A stretch of DNA of 64,000 nt. Origin: an uncultured Actinomycetota bacterium (lineage in GTDB: Bacteria > Actinomycetota > Actinomycetes > Mycobacteriales > Mycobacteriaceae). Shown here piece by piece: positions 59,285 through 64,000 of the stretch. The translations under genes were made by a program, and so were the position numbers. The stretch is taken from contig CAWISO010000027.1 in assembly GCA_963838755.1 (NCBI GenBank), forward strand, positions 176,613 through 240,612, read 5' to 3'. The notes below the pieces were generated by a model. The model was not told the DNA's origin, did not search any database, and saw only the letters and a program-made list of their open reading frames with translations. Each line of letters begins with the position of its first letter. Position 1 is the first letter of the stretch.

Positions 59285-60501
59285 ATCGCGTCCCGGAGCC
59301 CGTTCGCCAGGTCACCGCGATCGCCGACCGTCACGCCACCCAACCCCAACCAGGCAGCCATCGTTTCCAATTCACCAGCCAGCGCTTTGGCAACTCGCGA
59401 CGGCGACTGCTCGGGCTCGATGAATGCCCCCACCACGTGCAGCGCGTCGGTCGCGCGCTCGGCCTTCAGGTCCACCCGCCCGACCAGCTCACCGTCCAAC
59501 AGAAACGGCCATACGTAATAGCCGTACTGGCGCTGCGCCGCCGGCGTGTAGATCTCGATGCGGTAATGGAAGCCGAACAGTCGTTGCACCCGCGGACGGA
59601 AAAAGATCAGCGGGTCGAACGGACACAACAACGCCGTGCCGCGGTCACGTCGCGGAACCGTCTGTGCCGCAGGCAGATACGCTGGCATCGACCAGCCGTC
59701 GACGTCGACGCGGTCCAGCTCGCCGTCCGCCAGCAGCTTGGCGATCGCCGGTTTGGCCTGCCCGGCAGCTAACCGGAAATAGTCGCGGATGTCGGCCTCG
59801 GTGCCCACTCCCAAGGCCCTGGCCGCCCGCAGCGTGAGCTGACGGATCGCGTCGTCCTCGTCGACCTCTCGCGCCAGCACGTCAGCCGGCAGTACCCTCT
59901 CGGCCAGGTCGTAGTGCCGGGCGAAGCCGACCCGCGTCGCCGTGGTGAGCATCCCGGCGGCGAATAATGCCTCGGCCACCCACTTGGTGTCGCTGCGGTT
60001 CCACCAGGCACCTTTGGCCCGCCGCGGCGCGTCAGCCAGGTGGGCTTCGATCTGCCCGGCGGTACTCGGCCCGAGCTCCGCCACCGCAGCCACGATGTCG
60101 TCGGCCAGCCGCGGGTTGGCCTTGACGATGTGGGTGCCCCACCGGCCATGCCGGTACTGGCGCATTCGCCAGCGCAGCAGCGGCCAGTCGTCGACGGCCA
60201 TCAGCGCGGCCTCGTGCGCCCAGTACTCCACCAGCAGCCGCGGCGAGCGCGCGGTGTGGCTCCAAGCGGCACGGTCCAAGACCTCCCGCTGATAGGGACC
60301 GAGGCGGCTGAACACCGGCGCATAATGGGCCCGCACCGCGACCGAGACCGAGTCCAGCTGCAACACCTGGATGCGGGAGATCAGCCGCCGCAGGTGCGCG
60401 CGGGTGATCGCCCCGCGGGGCCGCGGTTCGCCGAAGCCTTGGGCCGCAACGGCTATCCGCCGGGCATGCGCGGCAGTCAGCCTAACCGGCCGGATCGACA
60501 C
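59281..60501 (-). CDS. YcaQ/AlkZ-like (HTH_42, DUF1006) DNA crosslink glycosylase family protein
   Basis: LQLDSV..V.RAHY....SRLG, EYWAH.A, LL.PFDPLI..R.R...LF.F.YRIEIY.P...R.YGYY. Confidence 0.85.
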   Translation of the reverse strand: MSIRPVRLTAAHARRIAVAAQGFGEPRPRGAITRAHLRRLISRIQVLQLDSVSVAVRAHYAPVFSRLGPYQREVLDRAAWSHTARSPRLLVEYWAHEAALMAVDDWPLLRWRMRQYRHGRWGTHIVKANPRLADDIVAAVAELGPSTAGQIEAHLADAPRRAKGAWWNRSDTKWVAEALFAAGMLTTATRVGFARHYDLAERVLPADVLAREVDEDDAIRQLTLRAARALGVGTEADIRDYFRLAAGQAKPAIAKLLADGELDRVDVDGWSMPAYLPAAQTVPRRDRGTALLCPFDPLIFFRPRVQRLFGFHYRIEIYTPAAQRQYGYYVWPFLLDGELVGRVDLKAERATDALHVVGAFIEPEQSPSRVAKALAGELETMAAWLGLGGVTVGDRGDLANGLRDAM

Positions 60502-60522
60502 GGCGCCGAGAATATCGCGGGC

Positions 60523-61200
60523 TCAGCCCGTGCTGACTTTCTGATCCGACGGATTCTTAAGTTCCCGGTATGCCGCCTCGAGAGTGGCCGGGACTTCTTC
60601 CAAGTCGCGGTACACGCCCATCAGTTGCTCCAGCACCGTGATTCGCTGCTGAGTCGCTTCCTCCACCGCGCGGCGGGCCTGCTCGCGGTAATGATCAGCC
60701 TGCTGTATTGCGTCGGCGAGCAGTTGCTCACGCTCTTCTTGAGCGTCAGCACGCAGGTTGGCCAGTTCGGCCTCGCACTTCTGCTTAGTTTCCTCGTACT
60801 CGTTGTCGAGGGCTTCTCGCTGCGCGGCCATGTCCGCCAGCTCCTCTTGGTGCTTTCGCTGGGAGGCCTCCACCTCGGCTTGGGCCGCCGCGATCAGCCC
60901 CTCGGCCTCGGCGCGCGCCTCGGCCTCCATCTCGGCGACCTCGTCGACCGCACGCCGTAGCATCTTTGCCATCCGCTGCTGCACCGCGTGGGGCGAGGGT
61001 GAGGTGTCGGTGAGGACGACGACCTCCTTGCGCAAAGCCGCTGCCTCATCACCGACGTCCCTCAACCGGGCCCGCAGGCTCTCGACATCGTCCAGCAGCA
61101 ACTGCTGCTTGATGGTCAACGTCTCGATGTGGGCGTCCACCGCAGCCGGATCGTAGCCCCTGAACGTGCGAGAAAACGTCCTCGCGGATTCGGGTTCCAC
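60523..61200 (-). CDS. DivIVA-domain coiled-coil protein
   Basis: FSRTFRGYD...VD N-terminal motif and long coiled coil; AAGGG upstream of GTG. Confidence 0.8.
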   Translation of the reverse strand: MEPESARTFSRTFRGYDPAAVDAHIETLTIKQQLLLDDVESLRARLRDVGDEAAALRKEVVVLTDTSPSPHAVQQRMAKMLRRAVDEVAEMEAEARAEAEGLIAAAQAEVEASQRKHQEELADMAAQREALDNEYEETKQKCEAELANLRADAQEEREQLLADAIQQADHYREQARRAVEEATQQRITVLEQLMGVYRDLEEVPATLEAAYRELKNPSDQKVSTG

Positions 61201-61293
61201 TGCCCTTACCCCCTTCTGAAATGCCTGGTGATCCCGGTGAAACGGATCCCAAGCGACTAGTGACGGTCATGTCGTGGGCGCGCACACCGGCGC

Positions 61294-61779
61294 TTACAGC
61301 CGAGAATAGCTGTGCCAGCGATACCGCAGCCCCGAGCGGCTGGTCTGCCACTCCCCTGCCGTGCCGGCCCAGGTCTCGTCGAGTACCGGGGCGACGACAT
61401 CGCCGTCGTCGCGCGGCAGCTCGATGTCGATCTCGGTGACCTCGCACCGGCTGGCCCACGGCATCGCCAGTGTATAGATCTGTTCGCCGCCGACCACCCA
61501 GGTATCCGGGTCGGTCAGCGCATCGTCAAGACTTGCCACCACCGTTGCGCCGTCCGCTGTGAAGTCAGGCTGGCGGGTCACGACGACATTTCTGCGGCCC
61601 GGCAACGGCCGAACGTTCGCCGGTAGCGACTCCCAAGTGAGGCGGCCCATCACCACGGTGTGACCCATAGTGAGCTCTTTGAAGCGGACCAAGTCCTCGG
61701 GCAACTGCCAGGGGATACCGCCGCCGCGACCGATGACTCCCGAAGACGACTGAGCCCAGATCAGGCCCACGCCAGTCAT
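61294..61779 (-). CDS. dfrA: Dihydrofolate reductase
   Basis: IWAQ...[37 protein letters not shown]; ATGA-coupled to thyA. Confidence 0.96.
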   Translation of the reverse strand: MTGVGLIWAQSSSGVIGRGGGIPWQLPEDLVRFKELTMGHTVVMGRLTWESLPANVRPLPGRRNVVVTRQPDFTADGATVVASLDDALTDPDTWVVGGEQIYTLAMPWASRCEVTEIDIELPRDDGDVVAPVLDETWAGTAGEWQTSRSGLRYRWHSYSRL

Positions 61780-62576
61780 ACGGCGACTGGGGCTTTGATC
61801 GCGGGGTGGGGGTGATAGTTCTCCACGACGAAATCGTCGTAGGTGTAGTCGAAAATTGAATCGCGATGCGTAAGACGCAGTTTCGGGTAAGGCCGCGGAT
61901 CGCGGCTCAGCTGCTCGACGACCTGCTCGACGTGGTTGTCGTAGATGTGGCAGTCGCCACCGGTCCAGATGAACTCGCCGACCGCCAAACCGGCCTGCGC
62001 GGCCATCATGTGGGTGAGCAGCGCGTAGCTGGCGATGTTGAACGGCACACCGAGGAACAGATCGGCGCTGCGCTGGTAAAGCTGACAGCTCAGCCGCCCG
62101 TCGGCCACATAGAACTGAAACAGCACGTGACACGGCGCCAACGCCATCTGCGGGATGTCGCCGACGTTCCACGCCGACACGATGATCCGTCGCGAATTCG
62201 GATCGGCCCGAAGCAGCTTGACCGCCGCGCTTATCTGATCGAGGTGTTCGCCGGACGGCGTCGGCCAGGATCGCCACTGGACGCCGTAAACCGGCCCGAG
62301 ATCGCCTGTGTCGCTGGCCCATTCGTCCCAGATGGTGACTCCGTGCTCATGCAGCCAGCCGACGTTGGAGTCACCGCGCAAAAACCACAGCAGCTCGTAT
62401 ACCACCGACTTCAGGTGCACCTTTTTGGTGGTGATCAGCGGGAAACCGGCCGACAGGTCGTAGCGCATCTGGTGGCCGAACAGGCTGCGGGTACCGGTGC
62501 CGGTGCGATCCGCTTTGGCAGTGCCCCGCTCCAGTACCAGGCGCAGTAGGTCCTCGTAGGGCGTAGCGATGGGCAC
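61776..62576 (-). CDS. thyA: Thymidylate synthase
   Basis: DRTGTGT, ELLWFL.G, MAL.PCH, YQRSAD.FLGVPFN. Confidence 0.98.
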   Translation of the reverse strand: MPIATPYEDLLRLVLERGTAKADRTGTGTRSLFGHQMRYDLSAGFPLITTKKVHLKSVVYELLWFLRGDSNVGWLHEHGVTIWDEWASDTGDLGPVYGVQWRSWPTPSGEHLDQISAAVKLLRADPNSRRIIVSAWNVGDIPQMALAPCHVLFQFYVADGRLSCQLYQRSADLFLGVPFNIASYALLTHMMAAQAGLAVGEFIWTGGDCHIYDNHVEQVVEQLSRDPRPYPKLRLTHRDSIFDYTYDDFVVENYHPHPAIKAPVAV

Positions 62577-62618
62577 GTATTCACCCTACGTCCAAAGGCA
62601 AGGAGTAGAACGGATGCC

Positions 62619-63359
62619 ATGCCGAACATCACCGACACCGTCACCACTGCCGACGGCACCTGCCCGGTCCGCCTGTTCACCCCCGACGGGGAAGGCCCCT
62701 GGCCGGGTGTGATCATGTACCCCGACGCCGGCGGAACCCGGAACACCCTGGCCGATATGGCCGCCAAGCTGGCCGACTTCGGTTATGCGGTCCTGCTGCC
62801 CGACGTCTATTACCGCCTGGGCGACTGGAAACCCATCGACATGAAGACCGCATTCAACGACGACGAAGAACGCAAGCGCCTGATGGCGATGATCGGCAGC
62901 ATCACGCCGATGAAGATGGCGCTCGACGCCGAGGCGTTCTTCGGCTACCTGGCCGGTCGATCCGACGTCAGTGGGGACAAGTTCGGCACCACCGGCTATT
63001 GCATGGGCGGGCGGACATCGGTTGTCGTCGCCGGCCGGGTACCGGACCGGGTCGCTGCCGCGGCGTCCTTCCACGGCGGTGGCCTGGTCACCGACAGTGA
63101 GGACAGCCCGCACCTGAAGGCCGACCAGATCCAGGCCGCGATCTATGTGGCGGGCGCGGAGAACGACGGATCGTTCACAGCCGATCATGCCGAGCAGCTC
63201 GACAAGGCGCTGACGGCGGCCGGTGTCGAGCACAAGATTGAGACCTACCCGGCCGGGCACGGGTTTGCCGTGCCGGACAACGCGCCCTACGATGCCGACG
63301 CCGCCGAGCGGCACTGGACGGCGACGCGCGAGTTCTTCGGAGCGCACCTACCGGCGTAG
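62619..63359 (+). CDS. Dienelactone hydrolase family protein (Rv2765 orthologue)
   Basis: PDAGG, GYCMGG, SFHGG, HGFAV; AAGGAG RBS. Confidence 0.9.
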   Translation: MPNITDTVTTADGTCPVRLFTPDGEGPWPGVIMYPDAGGTRNTLADMAAKLADFGYAVLLPDVYYRLGDWKPIDMKTAFNDDEERKRLMAMIGSITPMKMALDAEAFFGYLAGRSDVSGDKFGTTGYCMGGRTSVVVAGRVPDRVAAAASFHGGGLVTDSEDSPHLKADQIQAAIYVAGAENDGSFTADHAEQLDKALTAAGVEHKIETYPAGHGFAVPDNAPYDADAAERHWTATREFFGAHLPA

Positions 63360-63362
63360 TCC

Positions 63363-64000
63363 ATGCACGTCGACGCGATGACGATCCCGCAGTCGCTCGG
63401 CAAGATCGGCGATCTCGCCCAACGAACGCAAGCTGCCGGATTCTCAGGCCTGTTGTTCACCGAGACGGGCCGCACCGCCTATCTCAACGCCGCCGTGGCC
63501 TCTCAGGCTGCGCCCGGCCTCGAGTTGTCGACGGGTGTGGCGGTGGCCTTTCCGCGAAGTCCCTTCATCACGGCGGCCACCGCGTGGGAACTTCAGGACG
63601 CGACCGGTGGGAAGTTCCGGCTCGGGCTAGGCACGCAGGTGCGCACCCACGTCGTGCGGCGCTACGGCATGGCATTCGAGCGGCCCGGTCCACGGCTGCG
63701 CGACTACCTGCTGGCCGTCAAGGCGTGCTTCTCGGCGTTTCGCAACGGCAAGCTCGATCACCACGGCGAGTTCTACGAGCTTGATTTCATTACCCCGCAG
63801 TGGAGTCCGGGACCCATCGATGCTCCGGATCCGAAAGTCGATATCGCGGCCGTGAATCCGTGGATGCTGCGAATGGCAGGCGAAGTCGCCGACGGTGTAC
63901 ATGTCCATCCGATCGGCGAGCCTGGCTACTTGGCCCGGCACGTCCTGCCGAACATCGCCAAAGGAGCGACGAAAGCCGGGCGGTCGCCGTCGGACATCGC
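63363..64000 (+). CDS. F420-dependent LLM-class oxidoreductase (3' truncated by window)
   Basis: From ATG 63363: MHVDAM...ETGRTAYL...STGVAVAFPRSPF..A..AWELQ...GKFRLGLGTQVR.H. Confidence 0.85.
   Translation, partial: MHVDAMTIPQSLGKIGDLAQRTQAAGFSGLLFTETGRTAYLNAAVASQAAPGLELSTGVAVAFPRSPFITAATAWELQDATGGKFRLGLGTQVRTHVVRRYGMAFERPGPRLRDYLLAVKACFSAFRNGKLDHHGEFYELDFITPQWSPGPIDAPDPKVDIAAVNPWMLRMAGEVADGVHVHPIGEPGYLARHVLPNIAKGATKAGRSPSDI

Noticed and set aside
61780-62322. Long N-terminal extension of dfrA in the ORF track
   Set aside because: Overlaps thyA in another frame; the real start is the ATGA-coupled ATG at 61779.

Overview
High-GC window from a Mycobacterium chromosome. It is syntenic with the M. 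tuberculosis ideR (Rv2711) to thyA/Rv2765 region: ideR, nrdR, chiZ, lexA, fadE20, hflX, dapF, miaA, miaB, recX, intein-free recA, pspM/pspA/clgR, pgsA3, argA, ftsK, rnj, dapA, thyX, dfrA, thyA. The main accessory block is a ~13 kb island between fadE20 and hflX (~15000-28030). It has decayed mobility traces, including a serine-resolvase remnant and 11-bp direct repeats. Its cargo is a tightly coupled operon of two paralogous membrane proteins plus stand-alone cytochrome-oxidase subunit III- and IV-like proteins (no subunit I/II), a P450, a TetR, a ferredoxin-reductase fusion, an SDR and esterases. A shared palindrome TTCTCA-N3-YGA(T/G)AA lies upstream of four of these units. Other oddities are a sulfotransferase-like/TPR fusion between recX and miaB, a triplicated DMT transporter with one ATA start, an internally deleted mini-paralogue ahead of a Tat-subunit/GMC oxidoreductase pair, and an A/T-shifted codon patch around the empty recA intein site. 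Family assignments and Rv-number comparisons come from motif recognition and recalled synteny, not from database searches.
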